Shown: piece after piece, positions 7,946 to 16,015 of the stretch
Layout of the letters: the number at the start of each line of letters is the position of its first letter
Numbering within the stretch: the stretch's first letter is position 1
IMG/VR virus record: IMGVR_UViG_3300022862_000263
Source: a virus
Taxonomy: Duplodnaviria > Heunggongvirae > Uroviricota > Caudoviricetes
DNA: 22,529 nucleotides
Strand: one strand, 5' to 3'
Translations under genes and position numbers: made by a program
The notes under the pieces: generated by a model
What the model was told of the DNA's origin: nothing
What the model saw: the letters and a program-made list of their open reading frames with translations, nothing else
The model's database searches: none

Positions 7946-8816
7946 GATTTTCACCATCTTGAGCTTCTGGCCTAATCATGGAGGCTGTTGCACCTGCCAA
8001 TTCAGATTGGCATTCGTCGCTCACGTTTGAAGTCTGGATCCAGTGCTCAAGCATCTCGACAAGCTCATCTTCACGGGCCCTGAGACGAGCTATTTCAAGG
8101 AGTCTTGCGTCTTCATCGTTGAGCACCTCGCCATACAGCTTGCTGATTGCTCGGGCGCTCGGTCTGGCGATAGTCCCGTGTAGCATGTTGACCAACACCA
8201 CTTCAGGATCCTGCAGGCTTTCCATTCCCGCGTGCAGCTCACTGCAGACCTTATAGGTGTTGTTTTGACCCTGAAGGCAGGCCAATGCATAGGTTTTCAT
8301 CTCATCAGCGGTATAGGAGCTCCCTGGGCCTGCTGGCGCCGGAATTGGGATGAGTCCGTTATCCAGAATAGTGGGCGTTCCAGAGCTAGCGTCACTTAGA
8401 CGCTTGACGGGTTCCACATCATTGATGAGGTTCAGGTGCTCTGCAAGCATGCGTCGGCAATTCACCAAATCTCCTCTTTCTAGCTCTGCAGCCAGCGCCC
8501 TCATGAATATCTTAGATTTGGCCTCCAGCGCGCATCCTAAGCCCCACAAGTCCTCCAGCATAAGGCTCGTCGACTTGTAGCCTTTCGACTCTGTCGTCAA
8601 AACTCGAACAAGATCCGTCAGCTCGGCATTCTTACTGGCGAGATTGGCATCTGCAGAAGCCGGTCGAGCAAGCTCCTCTCGCAGTTCGCGCAGGCCGTCT
8701 CGAATGACCTGCTCAGCCTCTGGGCTGACTTGGGCAGGATGGCCGTTCGGGATACGCCACGACTGCTCGATGATTTCGAGAAGCCTACGACGGACGGCCA
8801 GTGTCTCAGTGGTCAT
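7935..8816 (-). CDS. Phage-type hypothetical coiled-coil protein
   Basis: AAGGA RBS before ATG 8816 (MTTETL). Contains a VLVNMLHGTIARPS motif of a kind seen in phage hypothetical proteins. Confidence 0.72.
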   Translation of the reverse strand: MTTETLAVRRRLLEIIEQSWRIPNGHPAQVSPEAEQVIRDGLRELREELARPASADANLASKNAELTDLVRVLTTESKGYKSTSLMLEDLWGLGCALEAKSKIFMRALAAELERGDLVNCRRMLAEHLNLINDVEPVKRLSDASSGTPTILDNGLIPIPAPAGPGSSYTADEMKTYALACLQGQNNTYKVCSELHAGMESLQDPEVVLVNMLHGTIARPSARAISKLYGEVLNDEDARLLEIARLRAREDELVEMLEHWIQTSNVSDECQSELAGATASMIRPEAQDGENHGR

Positions 8817-8852
8817 TGGTTGATCCTTGCACAGATGATTTGGCAGGTGAGG

Positions 8853-8883
8853 AAGATAGCAAATAACCACCATTCTTTGTCAA
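8853..8883 (-). promoter_or_regulatory. Putative extended -10 sigma70 promoter for the 8816-7471 operon
   Basis: On the minus strand: TTGACA, 19-nt spacer, TG-C-TATCTT. The spacer is longer than ideal. Confidence 0.4.
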
Positions 8884-9118
8884 TTTATGGTGTTAATCGA
8901 GGAAGGGGCGGCAAAAAAGAGGCAAAGTCGTAGCTCCAGATCGAAGATCTGGCTTTGTGTCGTGCAGATGATTGCACCCAACCCGACCCGGTTAGGGCCT
9001 GACCACCAGGGCTTCAGCCTAGAAACGACCGGCACGCCTGGTCTGCAAACTATCGTTTTGAGTATCCTGACTATGCCTGTCAGAAGGCATTTACCAATCG
9101 AATCTTGAGGATTAGGCT

Positions 9119-9286
9119 ATGACCTTGGAACGGCTGATCGAAGAAGCGCGTACCCGCAATGGAACCCATGAGAAAAGCTTGATGGCTGCTCGCAAGCGCA
9201 TGGCTGAGACGAATCGACGCCTGGGCCGAGAATTCGCAGCTCAAGAGGTCACGCCGGCGCTGCTGGAGAAGATCTGCAGTATCTAG
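9119..9286 (+). CDS. 55-aa small helical protein (absent from the ORF track)
   Basis: GAGG at 9107-9110 and ATG 9119. MTLERLIEEARTRNGTHEKSLMAARKRMAETNRRLGREFAAQEVTPALLEKICSI*. Followed by a hairpin. Confidence 0.65.
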   Translation: MTLERLIEEARTRNGTHEKSLMAARKRMAETNRRLGREFAAQEVTPALLEKICSI

Positions 9287-9302
9287 GAGCGATTCACATG
9301 AA

Positions 9303-9325
9303 AGCAGCCACTAGGCTGCTCTCTT
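9303..9325 (+). terminator. Putative terminator hairpin
   Basis: AGCAGCC-ACTA-GGCTGCT followed by CTCTT, between convergent genes. Confidence 0.55.
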
Positions 9326-9360
9326 GCTGATCAGGGATCACCACCTGGGGGCTACGTCAG

Positions 9361-9807
9361 CTAGTGGGCTCGCGGGATATGGAAAATATCCACCCCGATG
9401 AAAATGCTTTCTGGCGCATTAGGCCAGCGCTGGCGGATGTCGTCGAAATTATGAGCTTCCCACAGCCTCAGGAACTCGATACCGGTCTCCTTGGAGGAGA
9501 GCGCAAATTTGATAGCTTCCAACGCTGGAGGTTCCAGCATGTACTTCTCCTTGGTGTCGATGATCGATTTCATCGCCACACGCATTTCATCCATGATTCC
9601 TTTGAGCTTCGCTTCGCCTTCGGCGCTTAAGCCGCTATCGCGGATCAAGACGAATTGCTCATAGGAGAATAGCGCATTCAAGGCCGTACCTACCGATTCC
9701 TGGTCATTGATGCTAAGCGGTCTCCCAACGTAGGATTTGAGGTTACGCAACTCATCTGAGGCCAGGCTGATGAGATTCGATTCAAGCTGGTTCATGGCTA
9801 CATCCAT
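9361..9807 (-). CDS. Phage-type hypothetical protein
   Basis: The C-terminal AIKFALS...GIEFLRLW...FDDIRQRWPNAPESIFIGVD module resembles one recurrent in phage proteins. Confidence 0.7.
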   Translation of the reverse strand: MDVAMNQLESNLISLASDELRNLKSYVGRPLSINDQESVGTALNALFSYEQFVLIRDSGLSAEGEAKLKGIMDEMRVAMKSIIDTKEKYMLEPPALEAIKFALSSKETGIEFLRLWEAHNFDDIRQRWPNAPESIFIGVDIFHIPRAH

Positions 9808-9825
9808 GGTGGCGACGGGGCGCTA

Positions 9826-9996
9826 AGGGTAACTACCCAACGAAGACAAGGGAAGCTGGAAAATAGACTATTTAGAGGATTCATCCCAAGCGCAGAGAAG
9901 ATATGGGAAGATCTGGTCAGTAAGGTGCCTACCATAAATCCGAAAAAGGATGTCTACTTGTCAGGACGCCTAGTTGATGAAGGGTTGAAACCATGA
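9826..9996 (+). pseudogene. Possible 3' remnant of a PIN-type toxin gene, coupled to the downstream ORF
   Basis: Start-less open frame RVTTQRRQGKLENRLFRGFIPSAEKIWEDLVSKVPTINPKKDVYLSGRLVDEGLKP*. Its TGA (9994-9996) overlaps ATG 9993. The family assignment rests on weak recalled similarity only. Confidence 0.3.
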
Positions 9997-10235
9997 AAGC
10001 ATTAGATCTATCGCCAGCAGCAATGGCAGTAATCCGCCGTTATGCAGAGGGTTCGGAATCTGCAGAGGCGGTCGCTTACACCCTATGGCAGGACAACCTT
10101 ACACCTGGGGAGCCAGACCCAAGGGCTGCGGATGTGATCTACTGGTCGAAAGAGCTAGGATGGGGCATTCCGACAGAGTCTGCTGAAGAGGCTATGAATT
10201 CTGCTCGAAAAGCGATGAAGCGATACGCAGGATAG
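9993..10235 (+). CDS. Small protein resembling HTH-type antitoxins of PIN/VapC-like pairs
   Basis: 80 aa with IRRYAEGSESAEAVA...AADVIYW...GWGIP...EEA. The CDS is well supported, the function only weakly. Confidence 0.55.
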   Translation: MKALDLSPAAMAVIRRYAEGSESAEAVAYTLWQDNLTPGEPDPRAADVIYWSKELGWGIPTESAEEAMNSARKAMKRYAG

Positions 10236-10338
10236 CGGCGCTTCGCACCCATTGGCCAAACCTTGATTTTTGGCGGCCTGCGGTACTGTATTTTTAGACA
10301 GTAGCGTTATACCATCATCCAATTCAAAGCAGGAGGCA

Positions 10339-11262
10339 ATGGATTTGGATCAGACTGTCGTTGTTATCGAAAGCGTAGAAGAGCTGTCTTGCAGACCTCG
10401 CTTCACCTCGTCGCTATCATTTCATCCCAAGAGTGAGCGCCGCTTTGGCACAGTCGTTGCGCCTTATCACTTTAGGGCCCCCATAGCTTGCGGTATCGAG
10501 TCGTGCCACACCCAGCACATGAAAGGGTACTTGATTACGACCAGTGACGACCTGGAGACAGGCATCGGCGTCGACTGTGGCCGCAAGCATTTTGGGGTGC
10601 ACTTCACCCGCCAGAAGAAGCAGATCGACGATGCTGTCCAGCGTAAGCGTCGGATCGACACCGTGATGCGTGCTGTGCAGGAGATCCCTGCCTATCTAGT
10701 GACCGTAAGAGAGCTCAAAAGCGATTATCAATACCTTACAGGCCTGAAGCGCAGGTTCATGGATGCTGTGGGGCTTCGGGCGTTCACTGAACTTAAGGAA
10801 CGGGCAGATCGCGGAAACGCAGTGATCACCAAGATGGTACCGATGACCAAATCTGAAGCAGAGGCACACTTCGCGACGACAAACCGCAAGAAGGGTGATC
10901 GTAAAGATTGGCCTGAGAAAGAAGTGCCGGTCGCCCGACTTGAGGGACTGGATTTCATCCGAACGAAGTTCACCGACATGCTGGTGACAAACCTTATCAA
11001 GCCGCTCGAGAATTTCGCGCTGACGAAGCCAGCTGACGTTGAGGCAATGCGCCCACGAGCTCTGCAGAACGAAGCGAAATGGATTGGTAAAGTACCAGGA
11101 GATATCGCTAAGGCCAGAGAGGTAATCCAAGCCGGCTATGCGTTCTTTACGTCGGAAAACCTAATGAAGCTGGTGTATCTTGAAGTGGACATTCAACCGC
11201 TTGGCCCAATGCTTCAAGATCTGAGGGATTCTGAGGCCAAGAGACAATCAGAGGCTAATTAA
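10339..11262 (+). CDS. Hypothetical protein with an N-terminal zinc-finger motif and a helical C-terminus
   Basis: AGGAGG RBS before ATG 10339. CGIESCHTQH...ETGIGVDCGRKHFG supplies candidate C/H metal ligands. Confidence 0.8.
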   Translation: MDLDQTVVVIESVEELSCRPRFTSSLSFHPKSERRFGTVVAPYHFRAPIACGIESCHTQHMKGYLITTSDDLETGIGVDCGRKHFGVHFTRQKKQIDDAVQRKRRIDTVMRAVQEIPAYLVTVRELKSDYQYLTGLKRRFMDAVGLRAFTELKERADRGNAVITKMVPMTKSEAEAHFATTNRKKGDRKDWPEKEVPVARLEGLDFIRTKFTDMLVTNLIKPLENFALTKPADVEAMRPRALQNEAKWIGKVPGDIAKAREVIQAGYAFFTSENLMKLVYLEVDIQPLGPMLQDLRDSEAKRQSEAN

Positions 11263-11361
11263 ATCGATGTATCGGTGGTCGGTGGTCGGCCACCATGACA
11301 GATATTGGCATTAGGTGGTTGCCATTGTTATTTGGTGAACTGTAGGAGGAGGGCCGTAGAT

Positions 11362-12021
11362 ATGAGCAGGGTTATTGACGGTAGGGAAGATTTTCAGCTC
11401 AAGAGCGCTCTCGACGCTGGCTCCAAAAATCTCGATAAGATTCACTCGGCGGTAAGTGACGTGCAGATCAGGGATTCAGCAGGCGATTCCCAGGCCAGCA
11501 TGCTCCTGGCTCAACGTTTTCTGAATGGCGAAATTGAGCCGTTCCCGGTACCGCTTGAGGACAGCGACGCTCTGTATGACCTCATGGACAACAAAGAGGT
11601 CTACGGCCGCGTGGTTAAGACCATCTACGCCTACAAGTCAGATCCAGGCCTTACATTGGCGCTGGCGCTGGGCTTTCCAGATGCTCCACTGATGAAGGTT
11701 GTTACAGCAGATGGTTACCTGCTTGCCGCAGGCCTGTGGAGCGTGAAAAAGCAATGCTTGTTAACCGTCAACGGAGCTCACGAAAAGGAGGCTCTGCTCA
11801 AGCACATGACTGGTCAAAATCTTGGTGGAGCAGTAAATCTCGTCACCACATCTGCCTCGGAGTTGTCCAGCCTTACCGCATTTACAGAAGATGATCTGCG
11901 GATAGCGCTCGGGCAGTTTGGATTCGTAGCTCAGTTCATGCTGGAGAACCTGAACGAGCTGATCGCCGAGCCAAAAAGCTGGGCGATTGATGACGGTGAT
12001 GAATGGCTGATGAAGCCTTGA
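11362..12021 (+). CDS. Hypothetical protein (possible degenerate papain/transglutaminase-like fold)
   Basis: AGGAGGAGG RBS before ATG 11362. GLTLALALG...CLLTVNG pattern and an acidic C-tail. Confidence 0.7.
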   Translation: MSRVIDGREDFQLKSALDAGSKNLDKIHSAVSDVQIRDSAGDSQASMLLAQRFLNGEIEPFPVPLEDSDALYDLMDNKEVYGRVVKTIYAYKSDPGLTLALALGFPDAPLMKVVTADGYLLAAGLWSVKKQCLLTVNGAHEKEALLKHMTGQNLGGAVNLVTTSASELSSLTAFTEDDLRIALGQFGFVAQFMLENLNELIAEPKSWAIDDGDEWLMKP

Positions 12022-12034
12022 GGTAGGAAGCTAC

Positions 12035-12571
12035 TCAGTTGTTGGATTCCGAGAGCTCACGCGCAGCTATCTGATTTTCAGCCAACTCAAGGACGTTCTC
12101 AGGCCAACCTTCAAAAATAGTTTCCAGCCTGTCATTGGTAATGGCAATCCACACACGCCTGTTGCCCTTCGATCCAAAGCACAAGCCAGGATAATCCCGG
12201 AACTCGAGGTGGTAGACGTAGTAGGCACGTTTAAGGTTTGCGTCATCAGCAGGGCCGATCACGAATTGGTTGTGCGAATAACGTCGGCTGAATTTCTGAT
12301 CCATGATCGTGCACGTTTCCACCTTGTCGAACTCGGGCCACAGCAAGCCGAAGACCATGGCACCCAAGTTCTCCTCTCGACCATATCGAATCTTCATTTC
12401 AGGATCTGGATCGGTGGATAAGAATGGCAGCGAATACTCGCCCCAAAGGATATTCCTGCAAAGTGATGAGAGCCCTTGCCCTAGGCTCGTGATCCCGCCG
12501 TCGGACTGAACCATGATATCAATCGCCTGGGCTGGCATCTTTCCGGCACAACGGATCAAAGCTGGCGTCAT
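12035..12571 (-). CDS. Hypothetical protein resembling the phage HxDGYP family (degenerate motif)
   Basis: MTPALIR...IDIMVQSDGGITSLGQGL parallels MxTRALI...IYxHxDGYPxGxGxxL. RBS GAGGAAGA lies upstream. Confidence 0.65.
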   Translation of the reverse strand: MTPALIRCAGKMPAQAIDIMVQSDGGITSLGQGLSSLCRNILWGEYSLPFLSTDPDPEMKIRYGREENLGAMVFGLLWPEFDKVETCTIMDQKFSRRYSHNQFVIGPADDANLKRAYYVYHLEFRDYPGLCFGSKGNRRVWIAITNDRLETIFEGWPENVLELAENQIAARELSESNN

Positions 12572-12578
12572 TTCTTCC

Positions 12579-12998
12579 TCAATTCTTCAAATTCAGAGGG
12601 CGTCCGAGCATATCCGTGGCACGAAGATGATCGATATCGTCGAACAAACGATCATGCTCATCGATAATATCTACTGTCTCAAGGTACTGTATTTGACCGG
12701 GATATGCCCAAGCAGGATGTGGCTCAGCTGATTGTCCTTTAGGCCTGCAGATTAGGCTGAGCAAAGCATTGTTGCCCTCTGGATCATCGAGGATATCTCC
12801 AGCTATTTTCAGGAGCTCAGTTCGGCCAACCTGGGTGTCAGGATCGATTTTGCCGGAGTGTTCAGCAACTGCTTTCGCCAAATCCTCAAGGGAGAGTGCA
12901 GGCCTTGCGGAATGCATATGATTATCTCGATCTGCTGTTTTGATAGTGGGCGAATAATGACACAGAGTCGTCGAGATGTTAACCAGGCGCGTTTCCAA
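12579..12998 (-). CDS. Hypothetical protein
   Basis: 139-aa ORF (alternative start ATG 12917), in an operon with 12035..12571. Confidence 0.6.
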   Translation of the reverse strand: METRLVNISTTLCHYSPTIKTADRDNHMHSARPALSLEDLAKAVAEHSGKIDPDTQVGRTELLKIAGDILDDPEGNNALLSLICRPKGQSAEPHPAWAYPGQIQYLETVDIIDEHDRLFDDIDHLRATDMLGRPLNLKN

Positions 12999-13015
12999 GG
13001 GGTGACCACATCTGA

Positions 13016-13044
13016 TTGACCGCTCAGACGCAGCGGCATAAAAT
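13016..13044 (+). promoter_or_regulatory. Near-consensus sigma70 promoter
   Basis: TTGACC (13016-13021), exactly 17 nt, TAAAAT (13039-13044). Confidence 0.75.
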
Positions 13045-13050
13045 CATCAT

Positions 13051-13146
13051 AATTGCCGGCCAAAGAGAGCAGCACTCTACCCGGTGTGCGGCTGATACCG
13101 CTTGCTGTGATGTGTAAAATGGAACCGCCCTTCGAGGCGGTTTTTT
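13051..13146 (+). ncRNA. Candidate ~95-nt structured sRNA or attenuator/riboswitch-like leader
   Basis: Lies between a strong promoter and an intrinsic terminator with no credible ORF. Stems CCGG/CCGG, AGAG/CTCT and GCGG/CCGC. The loop GCAGCA can pair with TGCTGT. No known family recognised. Confidence 0.45.
13123..13146 (+). terminator. Rho-independent terminator
   Basis: AACCGCC-CTTCGA-GGCGGTT followed by a T run, ending about 10 nt upstream of the RBS of the next gene. Confidence 0.85.
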
Positions 13147-13168
13147 CTTGAAGCCGAGGAGGGCACCC

Positions 13169-13558
13169 ATGAGCAGCACTGGAATCACGATCCCGGATCG
13201 ATTTGCGATTATGTTCGCCAGGCGCGTGCTTAATTACACGGATGACCTGGTGCGCGAGCACTTTGAGCAGTCGCCACCATTCGAAGGCCAGACCCTAATC
13301 CTGTCCATGCAGCAGCACAACGTGAACAGGTATCGCCTGGTGAAGGTCGTCAACCCGGCTAGCGGACGACAGAAGCGGATCATCATCGATCATGGCGAAG
13401 CATTCGGCGGGGCTTCCTACTACCGTAGCGGGAAAAGCTGCTTTGCTCCCAAAGGTCAAACCAAGCTCCTGCCTTTTGTCGACTCGGTAGCTGCCAAGCT
13501 TTCCTATGAGCGCGATGTTATCCTGTCGGATGAAGTCCTGGCCCAGCTACTACCGTAA
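13169..13558 (+). CDS. Hypothetical protein (129 aa)
   Basis: GAGGAGG RBS at 13156-13162 before ATG 13169. Confidence 0.8.
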   Translation: MSSTGITIPDRFAIMFARRVLNYTDDLVREHFEQSPPFEGQTLILSMQQHNVNRYRLVKVVNPASGRQKRIIIDHGEAFGGASYYRSGKSCFAPKGQTKLLPFVDSVAAKLSYERDVILSDEVLAQLLP

Positions 13559-13573
13559 GGCGAGCACCATCCG

Positions 13574-14665
13574 ATGAAGCTTAAATCGATCACCATCAAA
13601 AACTTCAAGGGTATCGAGCACCGTGAGTTCACCCTCGATCCCGCGCTGACCATCATCACTTCTGAGCGCAATGGCGAAGGCAAGACAAGGATGCTGGATG
13701 CCGTCGGTCAGGCCCTGTATCCGTTCTTGAATGCGGTGAACAAGCGTAGCAAGCAGGGCGCGTTAAAGGCCGAGGAGACCACCTGGCGCCGGCCATCAGA
13801 GGGCCCGCAACCTGATATAGTCACTGAAATTCGCGCATCTAGCTCATTGTGGTCGACGGAGGAGATCTCTTGGTCTCAGACGCTGACGGTCAAAGAAGTT
13901 GCAACGACCACCTATCGCTACGGAATTCGTGAAGATCAGATTGAACGAGAGGGTACCCTGATCGAAGATGAAGGTACTTCATCACTCCGAACTATGGCGC
14001 AAGGTGGGGCTGCGAGCGGGGCAATCATGCCCATCGTTCGATATGGGCAGCTTGAGAGGATCAATTTCGACACGACCTTGAGCAAAGCAAGCATCAAGGC
14101 GCTGGCTGCCTCAAAGGCGCCTGGCCGGCTCAATAGCTATGAGTCCAGTCTCGGCAAATTCACCCTGGATGAATTTTTGATCTGGTACAAGCATCTGAAT
14201 GATGCAACAGGGAACGGTCTCGAGCTGGATGACGATCAGCGCTCTAGACAGCTTGCGTTCGTGCAGCACTGTGTAACCTCGCTCGTGCAACCGCGATTCG
14301 GGTGGCACACACTTCGGTACCAGGATGACGGCGAGTTTTTCCTTTACCTCCAGCACCCTGAGAAAGGTATCTTCCCGCTGATGCTGCTCAGCCGAAGCGA
14401 GGTTCAGTTGGTTATGCTCGCGGCTGACCTTGCTTATCGAACCTGCAGCCTCAACCCGGCAGTCGATGATTACACTCAAGTGCCAGGTGTCGTATTGATT
14501 GATGCTGTGGAGGCTGGGCTTGATGTCAACGGCCAGCGTGCGATTCTGCCTGCTCTGCAGAGCACTTTTCCTAACGTCCAATTTATTGTGACTACCAGCA
14601 GCCCATTCGTTTCGCTCAGTGCGTTACCAACGCAGCTGAGGATGATTTCAGCGCCATTAACATGA
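13574..14665 (+). CDS. PtuA-like (Septu/retron-associated, AAA_21/OLD-type) ABC ATPase with degenerate catalytic motifs
   Basis: MKLKSITIKNFKGI...RNGEGKT (Walker A), LSRSEVQLVMLAADLAYR...LNP, GVVLIDAVEAGLD...QRAILPALQSTFPNVQFIVTTSSPFV. The scaffold is unmistakable but key residues are changed. Confidence 0.8.
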   Translation: MKLKSITIKNFKGIEHREFTLDPALTIITSERNGEGKTRMLDAVGQALYPFLNAVNKRSKQGALKAEETTWRRPSEGPQPDIVTEIRASSSLWSTEEISWSQTLTVKEVATTTYRYGIREDQIEREGTLIEDEGTSSLRTMAQGGAASGAIMPIVRYGQLERINFDTTLSKASIKALAASKAPGRLNSYESSLGKFTLDEFLIWYKHLNDATGNGLELDDDQRSRQLAFVQHCVTSLVQPRFGWHTLRYQDDGEFFLYLQHPEKGIFPLMLLSRSEVQLVMLAADLAYRTCSLNPAVDDYTQVPGVVLIDAVEAGLDVNGQRAILPALQSTFPNVQFIVTTSSPFVSLSALPTQLRMISAPLT

Positions 14666-14736
14666 GGCAGACTACATCGTTGCCGCCGCAATAAAGCGGG
14701 GAGGGGCTGATGGGGCCGCAGCCGTATGTGCTCTAT

Positions 14737-14753
14737 CCGCCCAACTTGGGCGG
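14737..14753. repeat. Palindrome CCGCCCAA-C-TTGGGCGG
   Basis: Perfect 8-bp inverted repeat, with a related copy at 16000-16015. Confidence 0.6.
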
Positions 14754-14858
14754 CTGAACTGGCCTCTCACAAGATAGAGTAGGCCTGGCCGTAGTCAGCC
14801 ACGAAAACGGCAGTGAACCGTGTTGCGCTGTCCTAATGGGAGCCTAGCCAGGCTTTCG

Positions 14859-15335
14859 CTATTCCTCTTGAAAATCCAGCTCAGACCGAAGGTTATCCAG
14901 GGCCTCCATGAGCGTATCGCCCATTGTCTCTAGCGAGAACTGCTCGGTGTGGATATCGCATTTTACGTAGATACTGGTGCCAGAACCCTTTTGCCACCAA
15001 TGAACTACCTTAAGGGGAGCCAACGCCTCTTTACCAGTCTCTAAGTCGAGTAATGTGTTGCGGTGGGCGACTGGATAGATTTGCTCGCCGTGAACAAAAT
15101 CATGAACAAAGAGATCTTCGTAGTGACCACTCTGCAGGCGGTTTACCAGGTCAGTCTTGCTCTCATCCTCTGCGATATAGAAGCCATTTGAGCGCGCACC
15201 GTCACGATGGAAGAAAAGCATCCAAATAAACTTTTCGTGACTTTTGGTTTTACGAATTGAGAAGGCTGAATTCGAATCCTCTCGGGTTACGAAATACATG
15301 TCAGCTTCATTTTTACGAACATCGTAAATGGTCAT
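14859..15335 (-). CDS. Hypothetical protein
   Basis: 158 aa. The start overlaps the stop of the YkgJ-like gene. Confidence 0.7.
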   Translation of the reverse strand: MTIYDVRKNEADMYFVTREDSNSAFSIRKTKSHEKFIWMLFFHRDGARSNGFYIAEDESKTDLVNRLQSGHYEDLFVHDFVHGEQIYPVAHRNTLLDLETGKEALAPLKVVHWWQKGSGTSIYVKCDIHTEQFSLETMGDTLMEALDNLRSELDFQEE

Positions 15336-15964
15336 ATCTTATCTCGCGCAGGAGGGAAGAAATCTCGAATATCTCCCCAGGGCTCTTGAATAAAGGCCAT
15401 CATGTAGCCCTGTTGAAGCTGAGTAAGATTAAGGTAGGTGACAAAGCTGTCTTCCGGCTCAATAGCAGTGTTGCAGTAATAAGGGTCATCAGAAACGTTA
15501 AACTGAAGCCGGCAAACGATAGGGCGCTCGGCGTAGACAGAGCATCTGCCCTTGACCAGGAACGGGCAGGGCACCCTAAACCACTTTTTGACAATGTCCT
15601 CGGTCGGAGGCTGGCGCCCCTCGAGTTTTATGACCTTGCGACCGCTCGCCTCAGCCATGGCGTTGGCTTCAGTTTGAGTGATCACTGCCGAGATGTTGCA
15701 ACAATGGCTGCAACCACCTCGACACGCCGATTTAGGGGTGACCACCTTGCTCATCTTGTCGGCGATTCGCTTGAGGCGATTGAGCTTGGCTTTAGCGGGC
15801 AACTTTTTCCGCAGTGTTTCCAGAAATTCAAGACCAAGCGGTTCTAATTCGCCAGTCTGTTTGAGTGAGTTTAAATTTCGCTCAGCTTGTTGAGTTAGCT
15901 CACATTCAGAGGGGGCTAAATTCAAAAGCGGAATGAAATTTGATGCCGAATTTTGGTCTGCCAT
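15332..15964 (-). CDS. YkgJ-family cysteine cluster (CxxCxxCC-type, putative Zn/Fe-chelating) protein
   Basis: ACRGGCSHCC...CPFLVKGRCSVYAERPIVCR. Confidence 0.85.
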   Translation of the reverse strand: MADQNSASNFIPLLNLAPSECELTQQAERNLNSLKQTGELEPLGLEFLETLRKKLPAKAKLNRLKRIADKMSKVVTPKSACRGGCSHCCNISAVITQTEANAMAEASGRKVIKLEGRQPPTEDIVKKWFRVPCPFLVKGRCSVYAERPIVCRLQFNVSDDPYYCNTAIEPEDSFVTYLNLTQLQQGYMMAFIQEPWGDIRDFFPPARDKI

Positions 15965-15999
15965 TAAATTGGCTCACTGCATATTGAATAATATTTATG

Positions 16000-16015
16000 C
16001 CGCCAAGTTTGGCGG
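16000..16015. repeat. Palindrome CCGCCAA-GT-TTGGCGG
   Basis: Perfect 7-bp inverted repeat, related to 14737-14753. Confidence 0.6.

Noticed and set aside
8887-9108. 73-aa plus-strand ORF in the divergent intergenic region
   Set aside because: No RBS and no motif, and it lies in the promoter region. The 55-aa ORF at 9119 is better supported.
11272-11294. Short tandem TCGGTGG repeat and GGTGG-TCGG-CCACC hairpin
   Set aside because: Too short to distinguish from a weak terminator or chance.
13016-14665. Retron (msr-msd plus PtuAB)
   Set aside because: No reverse transcriptase or HNH gene and no long a1/a2 inverted repeats are present. Only the ATPase resembles retron effectors.
14717-14760. 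Group II intron domain V-like AGCCGTATG
   Set aside because: The rest of the domain V hairpin and domain VI are missing, and there is no RT/maturase.
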